Shown one piece after another: positions 22,754-31,887 of a DNA stretch of 64,000 bases (positions within the stretch are counted from its first letter, which is position 1; every line of letters starts with the position of its first letter). Where the stretch lies: NCBI GenBank assembly GCA_964291215.2, contig OZ219791.1:544001-608000 (forward strand). Reading direction: 5' to 3'. A program made the position numbers and the translations under genes. The DNA is from Alphaproteobacteria bacterium. GTDB lineage: Bacteria; Pseudomonadota; Alphaproteobacteria; MPNO01; UBA830. The notes beneath the pieces are model-generated. The model worked only from the letters and a program-made list of their open reading frames with translations. It ran no database searches and was not told the DNA's origin.

Positions 22754-24104
22754 CCGCATCGGGCCACGGCGATCCCACGCCAGGTTTGTTGGAAGGGTCG
22801 GTTTTGCTTGTTCAGGATGATTCGCATTTTCGCTGACTTTTTGTGAAGCGGCGTAGTATCCGTTGTCGTGGGGGCAGCGGATTTTTTTGAGACGACTCCG
22901 GAGGGTTTTGAGCTCCGGGATGTGGTTGTGCGCCTTGCGCGGCCTGATGTCGCTGGAACCGTGTTGTTGACCGTATCTTGGTTTCAAGCAGTTTGCGGTC
23001 GAGGTCTGCGTGTTCACCTGGCGCGGGCGGTGGATTGGTGCTGCGGGCTGGCAGACGGGCGCCCTCAGCTGCGCACCCGTTGGCTGGCGCCGCGAGGAAC
23101 AGTTCAGGCGGTTGCCGGGAACAACACGAGGTTTGTTGTTCCTGGTGGTCGTTTCCGAGCCTTGCCTCGTTTGCGTTGTCGCGGATGGTGCGGCGGCGAC
23201 TGGGAGGCTGCGTACGGCCATCCGTTGCTTGTTGCGGAGTCGTTTGTCTCGCCGACGAAGTTCAGCGGCACCATGTACAAGGCGGCGAGCTGGGAGTGCG
23301 TTGGCAGGAGCCATGCGCGCGCCAGCGGGCGCCATAGCGACCGGCACGGGGAGGCGAAGGCTCTTTACGTGTTTCCGCTGCGTCGTGACGCGGGATCGTT
23401 CGCCGCTTCCTGTGGCGTGGGAGTTGCGGGCGCCGCTGGTCGGCGCAGGAGTTGCGCTCGATTTATCAGCGGCGCTTTCCGGCGTGCGCAGGGGCACCGC
23501 ATCGCCTCGGTGCTGTGCGTGATTTTGCTGGCTTGCGAACCGGCACGGTGCGGTTGCGGCGGCGCACTACGACGCAGAAGGAGCTGGAGCAGCATGGAAG
23601 AACAGGGACAAGCCGGTCTCCACCGTGCACCGGGTGCTGCAGAACACCGACCCGGGATGGATCGAGGATGCGGCGCGCAGCCGCAGGTCGGCAACGCGGT
23701 CGACGGCAAGCGCGGCCGCACCGGCGAGAATCATTACGAGACGGTCTCGCTGGCCGGTTTCGATCCTCAACTATCACGACGGGGAGATCGCTGCCGTCCA
23801 CGCCGCGTCGGCCGTCTGCTCACCCTCGACGCGCTCCACACCACCCGCGAGGCTGATCATCGAGACCCATCGCGCGAACTGATGGTCAAGGGCAATGCAC
23901 CTTCGAGAGAGCATCAACTGGAAGACCGCCAGCGCTACAACGAAAAGCCCGCGCATGGCCGCCAGCGCACCATCTTCACCCCGCTGGCGAAGATGATCAA
24001 CTAGCAGATCTTCCGCGTCACCCGGCGCGTCGAATTCAAGAAATCCAGAAAACGGACAACCGAATACGCCATGACCTTATATGACTAGGTTTTGTCCCCT
24101 TGAT

Positions 24105-25545
24105 GTATCTACTCACCCCTAGTTGGGTTCTGATTGGTCGTAGTGCTCGTTGATGATGTCTGCGGCTTTTCCGTCGAGGGCGATCTGGGTGGCGACGAGT
24201 GGGTTGTAGCCGAGTGCGGCCATGGAGGTAAGGTAGCTTGAGCCCCGGCACCATGCTTTTGCGTGGAGCGGAAGCATCCGGACACCTTGAGCTTTGCCAT
24301 CCTGATCTTCTGTTCTCCGGCATTGTTGGTGAAGCTGACGTCGGGGTCGTCTGTGAAGCGCAGGTTTTCGTGTTTCATGAGACGTTCGTGCAGGTTGTGC
24401 GCGTTTGCTATGCGTTTTCCTTTCGGCGGGATGTCGGGCAGTTCCTTGGCGCCCTGATGGTGCGCTTGCGCCCGGCCTCGTTCAGGGTCCTGGATGCGCT
24501 CTTGTTGATCTTGTGGCAGACCTCGCGGAGCAGGCTCTTCATCAGTCGCGCGGTAGCCTCGACGACGAAGGTCAGTTCGCGCAGCAGGTGGCTGCCGCTG
24601 GTGGCTACACTGCCATGTACGAGGCCCAGGACGCCCTTGTAGCACGGGCCGATCTCTTGCTTGCGGTGCGGGAACTTGCACGTCCCGACGACATGGAGCC
24701 ACTTGCTGTTGATCCGAAATCGTCGACATCGGGCGTTGCAGGAGGTGCGCCACGGCGGCCTCCTCCCATGACGCATCGTGAAAGCATAGCCGAGGCCTCG
24801 GAAAGCTTGATGCCGGAGATCGCCTGCACGAGCGCGACGGCGCAGGGACAGCATCCGGGCGACCAGCAGGTTGATGACGAGGGCTTGGATGCCGTACTGC
24901 ACGGGATGTTGTCGGGGAACCGGGCCTTGCACTTCGGGCATTCCTTGATCTCGGCGCGGCGCTCGACGACCTCGAACACGATGTCGTGCGGCGCTCCCGA
25001 TCGACGGGGCCGTCGGCGCCGCAGGCGTCGCAGGCCGCGACCGTCTCCTCGACGATGGTCTTGCGCAGGTTGTCGCCCATCTGCCGGTTCGGCTTCGGGC
25101 CGTTGCTCCCGGCACACTCTTGTCCGTCTGTGACGGCGGCAGACCGGAGTTCCGGCTCGTGCGTGGTCTTCTCCAGAAGGACGACGATGAGGATGACGAA
25201 GACGCGGATCACGGCCTCTTCCGCCACCTTGCCGGCCGCACGCAGCGCCTTGGCCGCTTCGAACTCCTCGCGCGCCGCGTTGACCGTCGCCATCACCCGG
25301 CCTTGCGCTTCATCAGCGCGCCGCCTCCGAGATGCGTTTTCACATACAGATCATGCGGGGGCTGGAGCCCCGGAAGCAGCTGGCACAGCCCGCTCGTCGC
25401 CTTCGATCCAAAGTAGCCCACTGGCGGTCCCCATCGTCCTCGATTACCACCACTAAACGAATCGGCCTGCAGTGTCAAATCTTCACGAAAACCCGTTCGT
25501 TGCTCTACCCCGACATCAAGCCGGAACCAGGGGGTGAGCAGTTAC
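24105..25545 (-). mobile_element. IS66-family element (single-ORF, ISBst12-like), decayed
   Basis: TIR GTATCTACTCACCCC / GTAACTGCTCACCCC (13/15); 8-bp DR CCCTTGAT at 24097-24104 and 25546-25553; TnpC fragments HLLRELTFV, DVSFTNNAGEQKIRMAK, KVSGCFRS. Confidence 0.9.
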
Positions 25546-25553
25546 CCCTTGAT

Positions 25554-25806
25554 GATGAAATCATCCACAGCAGTTGGGGGCGGGAAAATGTGGATCTGTG
25601 GGAGAGCTATGGTTGCAGAGAGATTCCGCTCCCCTGAGCGAACACGCACAGGGGAGCGGGGTGCGGGGATCAAACGATCTCCGCGGAGGTTGCCGTTTCG
25701 ACCTTGACAGGGCCGTGTCCGAGTGTGGTCGGCCAACCTCCCTTGACGTCCCTCGCATGGATGCTTGGGTTTGAACCCGTATCATCGTAAGGCGAGGAGC
25801 AAGGGA
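25554..25806 (+). ncRNA. Putative IS110 bridge RNA with target- and donor-binding loops
   Basis: Target loop closed by GGAGGTTG/CAACCTCC (25685-25741); donor loop closed by CCTCGC/GCGAGG (25751-25797) and containing CATGGATGCTT, identical to the element's circle junction; extra 5' hairpins at 25626-25659 and 25663-25684. Confidence 0.75.
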
Positions 25807-25808
25807 CG

Positions 25809-26514
25809 ATGGTCAAGATAGTAGCAGGGGTCAGCCAGTCTGGACATCTGGCGCATTGTTTTGCGAACGACGCCACGGGCAGGTGGCTTCGCGGCCTCGG
25901 GGTGAGCCGGGTGGTGGGCGACAGGCCGCTATCACCGCAAGGTTCACCAGTGTCTTCATGACCGGGGCTTCAAGGTTATTCTCGTCAACCCGTTGCGGGC
26001 TTCGCCGAGGCGATGGGCCAACCGCGTCGACGCCAAGATCGGCTGGGCGATCTTGAGCCTGTGGCTCCGCCTTCCTCAAGAGCCTGGAGGATCTCCTGGT
26101 GCCGCGCTTGTCGACGCGTGGCAGATGAGGAGGATGGCGAGACCGTCACAAGGGCCTCAGCGGCCGATCTCGATGACCGCATTGCCGGTGCGGCGATCAA
26201 AGCGGTGATCGCCGGTGATCCCGAGCAGAGCTACGCCATCCTGACCTCGATCCGGTGACCGCCGCGGCCCTTCTGGATGCCCGAACTCGGCAGCGTCGGC
26301 AGCCTTGATCGGGGTGGCGCCAACGACCACGGTGCTCGGGACATCCGTGGCGGGCGCCGAAGGCCACGTGATCTCCTGGCCGCAACCGGCACGCTTCAAC
26401 GCGGACCTGGTGCGCCTCAAGACTGCCGGCAAGCAAGGTCGCGATTGTCGCCGTGATGCGCAAGCTCTGGCGAACACCTTGCTGCGACAGCAGCGTTGCC
26501 TGAAGCACCGGTGA
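25809..26514 (+). pseudogene. IS110-family DEDD recombinase, heavily deleted
   Basis: MVKIVAGVS, GRYHRKVHQCLHDRGFKVILVNPLR, FAEAMG, RVDAK, WMPELG, LIGVAP, AGKQ, LANTLLR fragments. Confidence 0.85.
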
Positions 26515-27411
26515 GTGAGCGAAGGAGACACGGCCCTGCCGAGAGGCAGCGCCGCGCGCCGCAAGGCCCCCACCTCCACCACCGAAAGCCCCATCGTTCC
26601 CGTGCGCAACGCTGGTGCGATGCGGTGGCTCGGTGCGGTGCAGGAGCACTATCGGGACTGTCTCGACAGTCTCCCTCTACGACACGACTTGGGGAGAATG
26701 TCTGCAGATCATCGTCGAGGTCGACATCAAGGAGATCGAACCGCCTTGGGACACCTGGAACCCGGACGGTCACGTGCCCGGGGACGGCAAGGTAGCCGCG
26801 TTCACGTGACCAATGGACGGCAACCCGCCGCCGGGACCACAAGCTTCATGTCGCCTCGCTCGCAGAGCAAACCCCACACCGCTTGTGGACAACCACAGAA
26901 AACATCACCACAGACACCCGCAAAAACCTTGCCAAGAAACATGGATGCTCGGTCGAACGCGCCTCGCCGCAACAGCTGCTCGCATGGAATCGCGGACACT
27001 GGGTAGTCGAGAGCCACCATCATGTCCGCGATGCCACCTTCCGCGAAGACGACTCCATGCTCCGAACGCGCCCGCAAACAACGCGATCACCCTCGCAATC
27101 ATCATCCGCAACAAACGCAAGCTGCCCAAACCCTTCAACAGCTTCGTCGACACCACTATGTCGACAAGCGCAAGCAGGTCCTGCACGCAATCACAAGACC
27201 AGGCTGACCGCGCCTCTCTCCCCGACAGAAACCGCAAGCTTTCGAGCCCGGCAACCAAGGCCTCTCGCTCGCCCCGGATACGCCGACCAATCGCGCCCCG
27301 CGCCGCAACAGCGCGTCAGAAAATCTCAAAATCGCAGCCTCGAACGCGTCGACCCGCGCCACGATCAGGACTCCGATCACATCACATCAACAAGCATGGG
27401 ATCACCTTGGC

Positions 27412-27605
27412 CAGGACTTTCCCACGCTGTGGTTGGTGTTTTGAATGACCGCTGAACGGGGCACAAATTTCCGCATTCTTGCCAGGTTTTCCGGCTGCGG
27501 CGACCCGTAGACGGCCCCGCGGCCAGAAAACCCGACAGGCTTGGGCCTGGGCAGCCTCTTTCCATCAGCAGTCGGCAAGATCGAATGCAGCGTGGGATAG
27601 TCCTG
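27412..27605. mobile_element. ISAs1-type MITE A (194 bp)
   Basis: TIR CAGGACTTTCCCACGCTG / CAGGACTATCCCACGCTG (17/18); followed by GCATCGGGCC. Confidence 0.8.
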
Positions 27606-27615
27606 GCATCGGGCC

Positions 27616-27803
27616 CACGACGATCCCATGCTAATTCAGAGACAGGAAATCCGAATGCGTTGGGGCTCATCACAGATCGCCTCCTTGATCGCAATTTTTG
27701 TGCCGAGAAGGCCCCATCGAGCCTTGACGGCGCGATTGCATCGCGACGCAAACTGAGAAAATCTCGCCAGTCGTCGCCGGATTAGCAGCGTGGGATCACC
27801 GTG
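27616..27803. mobile_element. ISAs1-type MITE B (188 bp)
   Basis: TIR CACGACGATCCCATGCTAAT / CACGGTGATCCCACGCTGCTAAT; flanked on both sides by GCATCGGGCC (27606-27615, 27804-27813). Confidence 0.8.
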
Positions 27804-27989
27804 GCATCGGGCCGGCTGCCGCGCAATCAACTGAAGCGGACAATTCGCATGTCACATACACCGGACACTGCAGAACGTTATCGATCGCGGCCATCAAGCG
27901 CCGCGCGGCCCGTCGCGCGACGGAGGAATGCCCGGACATGAAGCCTGGCTGTCCATAGTTGCCGCGGAGCCCTTTCCGGCTGCGCCCTA

Positions 27990-29208
27990 GTAGTCCACCG
28001 GCATTGTATTGATGGTTTTTTGTGGGTAGTATTTCCGTGTCGGCGTTCGTTGGAATCTGGACAGTACCGATATCCACACGGGCAGATGCCGAACAGGCAG
28101 GCAGCCGCAGCCCCATGCGCAGGTCCGGACAACGGGCATGCCCGCAGGTCTTCGGCGCAATGACAGGAGCGGCGCATATGGCCGACTCTCGGGGCAGGAA
28201 GCTCTACCGCGTGACCCTTTCAACGCAGGAGCGCCAGGATCTGAAGGCGATCGTCGACGGCACCGGGGCCGCCTGGCGCCGGGCACAAATCCTGATGCTG
28301 AGGGGCGCTTGTCGATGCCGACATTGCGCTGGGCATCGGCACGGCGACGGTCGAGCGTTTGCGCAAGCGCTGCGTCCTGGAGGGGCTGGACGCCGCCCGC
28401 AAGGAGCAGGTGAACCGCCGGCCAAAACGGGGGCGATGGAGGCGAAGCTGATCGCCCTGTTCGTCCCCGCCCGAGGGCTGTGGACGCTGAAGCTGCTTGC
28501 CGGCCGTCTGGTGGAGATGGAGATCGTCGAGCGCATTTCGGAAGAGACGGTCAGGAAGACGCTAAAAAAAAGAGATCAAGCCGTGGCTGAAGCAGTACTG
28601 GTGCATTCCACCGCACCGGAGCGCACAGTTCGTGGCGGCGATGGAGGATGTGCTTGACATTTATCAGCGGGACTTTGCCGGGGACGAGGTGCTGAGACCA
28701 GCCGGCAGCTGACGAAGGAACCCCCCCGGTCAGCCGGAGGTGGTCGACTATGAATATGAGCGCAACGGCACGGCCAACCTCTTCATGGCCTTTGCGCCCA
28801 ACGAGAACTGGCGCACGGTGAAAGTCACCGACCGCCGCGGGACTGGGCGCACTTCATCCGGGAGCTTGCCGACGACCATTTCCCCGACAGGAAGATCGTG
28901 CTGGACAATCTGAACACGCACAGTCGCTGTATGAAGCCTTCGAGCCCGAGGAGGCGGGTACGAAAGCGGTTCGAGTTTCGCTATACGCCGAAGCACGGAA
29001 GCTGGCTCAACATGGCCGAGATCGGTGCGCTGTCGCGGCAATGCCTTCGGCGACGCATTCCCGACCGCGACACCATGCTGCGGGAGACCGTGGCGTGGGT
29101 CGAGCGCCGCAATGCGGCCGATGTCACTGTCGACTGGCGTTTCACGACGAAGGATGCCCGGACGAAACTGAAGTCACTATATCCTTCAATCCAATAATGT
29201 CAGACTAC
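27990..29208 (+). mobile_element. IS630-family element, decayed transposase at 28178-29197
   Basis: Ends TAGTAGTC.. / ..GACTACTA at CTAG (TA duplication); WTLKLLA, ISEETVRKTLKK with A-run slippery site, DYEYERNGTANLF, LDNLNTH, YTPKHGSWLNMAEI, WRFTTKDARTKLKSLYP. Confidence 0.88.
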
Positions 29209-29273
29209 TAGCGATGCCGGACCCTGCCGGACCAGCCTACCGTTCCCGCACTTGCTCTGAGCGGTCTCTGACC

Positions 29274-29289
29274 GTTACATTTTGTCACA
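29274..29289. promoter_or_regulatory. Possible OmpR-family binding direct repeat upstream of the exporter operon
   Basis: GTTACA-TTTT-GTCACA, 10-bp period. Confidence 0.3.
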
Positions 29290-29489
29290 GAACAACGGCC
29301 CCCGGACAAATGCATGCAACATGGTTGTGCGAGGATCGCACGCAACCAGCTTGGCGGTGCACACGCCAACGGGCAGGGGCGATGAGGGCGTCAGACCCTG
29401 CCCCACCAACGCGGGGGCGAACCCGCAGGTGCATGGCCCGGTTCGGGAGCCCGGCATGAAACCGGTGGAATTCGGACGGAAGGCTTCGC

Positions 29490-31136
29490 ATGTCGAAACG
29501 TAGACTCCTTGTCCTGCTCGGCGCTGGCGTTCTGATCGCGCTTGGCAGCGCCGTCTTTGCCCTCGACAAGGAACCGGTCACCGGCAAGACCTTCCTAACC
29601 GCAAAGGTCGAACGCGGCGATGTCCTGAAATCCGTGTCGGCCTCGGGCGAACTGGGGGCCGTGATCACGGTCCAGGTGGGCTCGGAGATCTCGGGTCAGA
29701 TCTCGGAACTGCAGGCGGACTTCAACTCCAGGGTCAGGGCCGATCAGGTCATCGCGCGCATCGACCCAGAAAGCTTCGAGGCCCGGGTGAACCAGTCAAG
29801 GGCGGAACTCGCGGTTGCCGACGCCACCGTCGGCATCCGGAGCGCCGCGCTGGTCCAGGCGCGGGCAAATCTGCAGAACGCACGGGCGCAGCTTGCCGTC
29901 GGGGAAGCGAACCTCAAACGCACCAAGGTAACGGCCGCGGACCTGAAACTCGACTACGACCGCAAACGGCAGCTGCGCGGGCGTGGTGCGGTTGCCGCCA
30001 GCGCGGTCGACAAGACGCGTGCGGCATGGGAGGCAGCGGTCCAGCAGGTCTCGGCCGCCGAGGCGCAGCGGCGCGCCCATCGATCGACCATTTCCGCCCG
30101 CACGGCCCAGGTCAGGATGGCCGAGGCAGAAATTGTCCACGCCCGCGCCCAAGTGCAGCAGAAGAAGGCCTCCCTCAAGGTCGCGGAGGTCAATCTGGAC
30201 AACACGTACATCCGCTCTCCGGTCGATGGTGTCGTCATCGGGCGCAATGTCGATGTGGGCCAGACGGTCGCCGCCAGCCTGCAGGCGCCAACGCTGTTCA
30301 CCATCGCCCAGGACCTGCGGAAAATGCAGGTCGAAACCAGCATCGACGAAGCGGATATCGGGCAGGTGAGGGTCGGCCAGGTGGCGACGTTCACGGTAGA
30401 CTCCTTTCCCGGACGGCAGTTTCAGGGCAGTGTCACGCAAATCCGTCTGCAGCCGCGAAACGTCCAGAACGTCGTGACCTACACCGTGGTTCTGACCGCC
30501 GACAATGGCGACCTCCGCCTACTCCCGGGGATGACCGCAAATGTCGAAATCAAAGTGTCCAGCCGGTCCGGCGTTCTGCGCGTCCCGAATGCCGCGTTGC
30601 GCTTCAACCCTCCCGGCGCATCCCCACCGGCAGCGGCAGCCAGGAGCCCGGGCGGGCGGCCGAGTGCGGCGGCAAGGGCGGAACGGCGAGCGCAGGCTCA
30701 GGCACGCCGCAGGCGCCTTGCAGAGACCCTCGGCCTCGACGAGCAACAACAGGACCGGCTGCAGGAGATCGAGCACGCCACCTTTCAGCGCATCGCCTCG
30801 CTCAGGCGAAACGGCATCCGTGGGGAAGAGTTCCGCAATTCGGCCCGCCGGCTTCGCGAACAGGCGAGCAAGGACGTCATGACCATTCTCAATCCCGAGC
30901 AGCGGGTGAAGTACGGAACGCTCCTCGCCAAGCGGCGCACCAACCCGGTCCGGCGCGCGCGGGCCTGGGTCCTTGAAAACGGCGAGCCGAAGGCGGTCCG
31001 CGTGTTTATCGGCGTCGGCGACGGAAAGTTCACCGAAATGGTTCGTGGCGGCCTGACCGAAGGGCAGGAGGTACTGGTCGGTGTCGGCAGGCCTGTGGAG
31101 CAACGGCCACACAGGTTCTGGCGTTTCGGGCTGTAG
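29490..31136 (+). CDS. MacA-like periplasmic adaptor (efflux MFP subunit)
   Basis: TVQVGSEISG, long coiled coil, IRSPVDGVVI, GQTVAASLQAPTLF, LLPGMTA. Confidence 0.9.
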   Translation: MSKRRLLVLLGAGVLIALGSAVFALDKEPVTGKTFLTAKVERGDVLKSVSASGELGAVITVQVGSEISGQISELQADFNSRVRADQVIARIDPESFEARVNQSRAELAVADATVGIRSAALVQARANLQNARAQLAVGEANLKRTKVTAADLKLDYDRKRQLRGRGAVAASAVDKTRAAWEAAVQQVSAAEAQRRAHRSTISARTAQVRMAEAEIVHARAQVQQKKASLKVAEVNLDNTYIRSPVDGVVIGRNVDVGQTVAASLQAPTLFTIAQDLRKMQVETSIDEADIGQVRVGQVATFTVDSFPGRQFQGSVTQIRLQPRNVQNVVTYTVVLTADNGDLRLLPGMTANVEIKVSSRSGVLRVPNAALRFNPPGASPPAAAARSPGGRPSAAARAERRAQAQARRRRLAETLGLDEQQQDRLQEIEHATFQRIASLRRNGIRGEEFRNSARRLREQASKDVMTILNPEQRVKYGTLLAKRRTNPVRRARAWVLENGEPKAVRVFIGVGDGKFTEMVRGGLTEGQEVLVGVGRPVEQRPHRFWRFGL

Positions 31137-31137
31137 G

Positions 31138-31887
31138 GTGACCGAATTCCTGATCCGCACGGAGTCGCTGACTAGGAACTACGTCCTGGGCGACAACGTG
31201 GTACATGCCCTGCGCGGCGTTTCCCTCGCCATCGCACCGGGCCAATTCGTTGCCATCATGGGCCCTTCCGGCTCGGGAAAGTCCACCATGATGAACCTTC
31301 TGGGATGCCTGGATACGCCCACGGCAGGGCAGTATTTCCTCGACCGCGTGGACGTTGCCGCTCTCGACGCGGACGAGCTTGCGAGAACCCGAAACAGCAA
31401 GATCGGCTTCGTCTTCCAGAACTTCAATCTGCTGGCGCGCACTTCCGCCCTCGACAACGTCAAACTGCCGCTGCTCTACAGTTCGATGGACAAGAGCGCC
31501 CGCACCCGGTGCGCCAAACGGGTTCTCGGCGAGGTGGGGCTGGCAGACCGTCTCGACCATCACCCGTCGCAGCTCTCGGGCGGCCAGCAGCAACGGGTTG
31601 CGATCGCCCGCGCTCTGGTCAATCAGCCGGCGCTGATCCTCGCCGACGAGCCGACAGGTGCGCTCGACACCCGCACCGGCCTTGAGATCATGGGCGTCTT
31701 CCAGCGCCTGAACCGCAGCGGCATGACGGTCATCGTCGTCACCCACGAGGCCGATGTGGCGCGGTTCGCCGGTCATGTGATCCGCTTCCAGGACGGGCTC
31801 GTCGTCGAGGAGGAGCTCGTCGAGGAGCCCGCTGACGCGGAGGCGCTCCTGAGCGCAATGCCGGCGCAGGTCCGGCCGGCGGCATGA
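31138..31887 (+). CDS. MacB/LolD-type ABC transporter ATP-binding protein
   Basis: GPSGSGKST, LSGGQQQRVAIARAL, ADEPTGALD; GTG start. Confidence 0.93.
   Translation: MTEFLIRTESLTRNYVLGDNVVHALRGVSLAIAPGQFVAIMGPSGSGKSTMMNLLGCLDTPTAGQYFLDRVDVAALDADELARTRNSKIGFVFQNFNLLARTSALDNVKLPLLYSSMDKSARTRCAKRVLGEVGLADRLDHHPSQLSGGQQQRVAIARALVNQPALILADEPTGALDTRTGLEIMGVFQRLNRSGMTVIVVTHEADVARFAGHVIRFQDGLVVEEELVEEPADAEALLSAMPAQVRPAA

Larger units (their letters stand above)
24078..26949 (+). mobile_element. IS110-family element inserted at a CT core inside the ISAs1 transposase
   Basis: CT at 24076-24077 and 26948-26949; removal restores ATG ACC TCG GTC GAA CGC in the ISAs1 frame; no TIR; right end TTGCCAAGAAACATGGATGCT. 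Confidence 0.82.
22868..27207 (+). pseudogene. DUF4338-ISAs1 transposase fusion, split into 22868-24077 and 26950-27207
   Basis: GNNTRF, DWEAAYGHPLLVAESFVSPTKFSGTMYKAASW (DUF4338-like); AVDGKR, LTLDALHT, VKGN; after the insert, ASPQQLLAWNRGHWVVESHHHVRDATFRED (ISAs1 RxHWxxE motif). Confidence 0.8.
22765..27409 (+). mobile_element. ISAs1-family element with N-terminal DUF4338 domain, decayed and interrupted by IS110
   Basis: TIR CACGGCGATCCCACGC (22765-22780) vs reverse complement CAAGGTGATCCCATGC (27394-27409); preceded by GCATCGGGC. Confidence 0.82.

Noticed and set aside
27491-27502. MITE A segment CCGGCTGCGGCG matches the right target flank CCGGCTGCCGCG at 11/12, suggesting an RNA guide
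   Set aside because: A match like this is plausible by chance in GC-rich DNA, and I saw no equivalent in MITE B or unit 1; revisit only if it covaries across copies.
27394-27813. Recurring GGGAT/ATCCCA motifs at roughly 190-bp spacing read as a CRISPR array or integron attC cassettes
   Set aside because: The motifs alternate in orientation, the intervals are far longer than spacers, and no cas or integrase genes are present; transposon TIRs with target duplications explain them.
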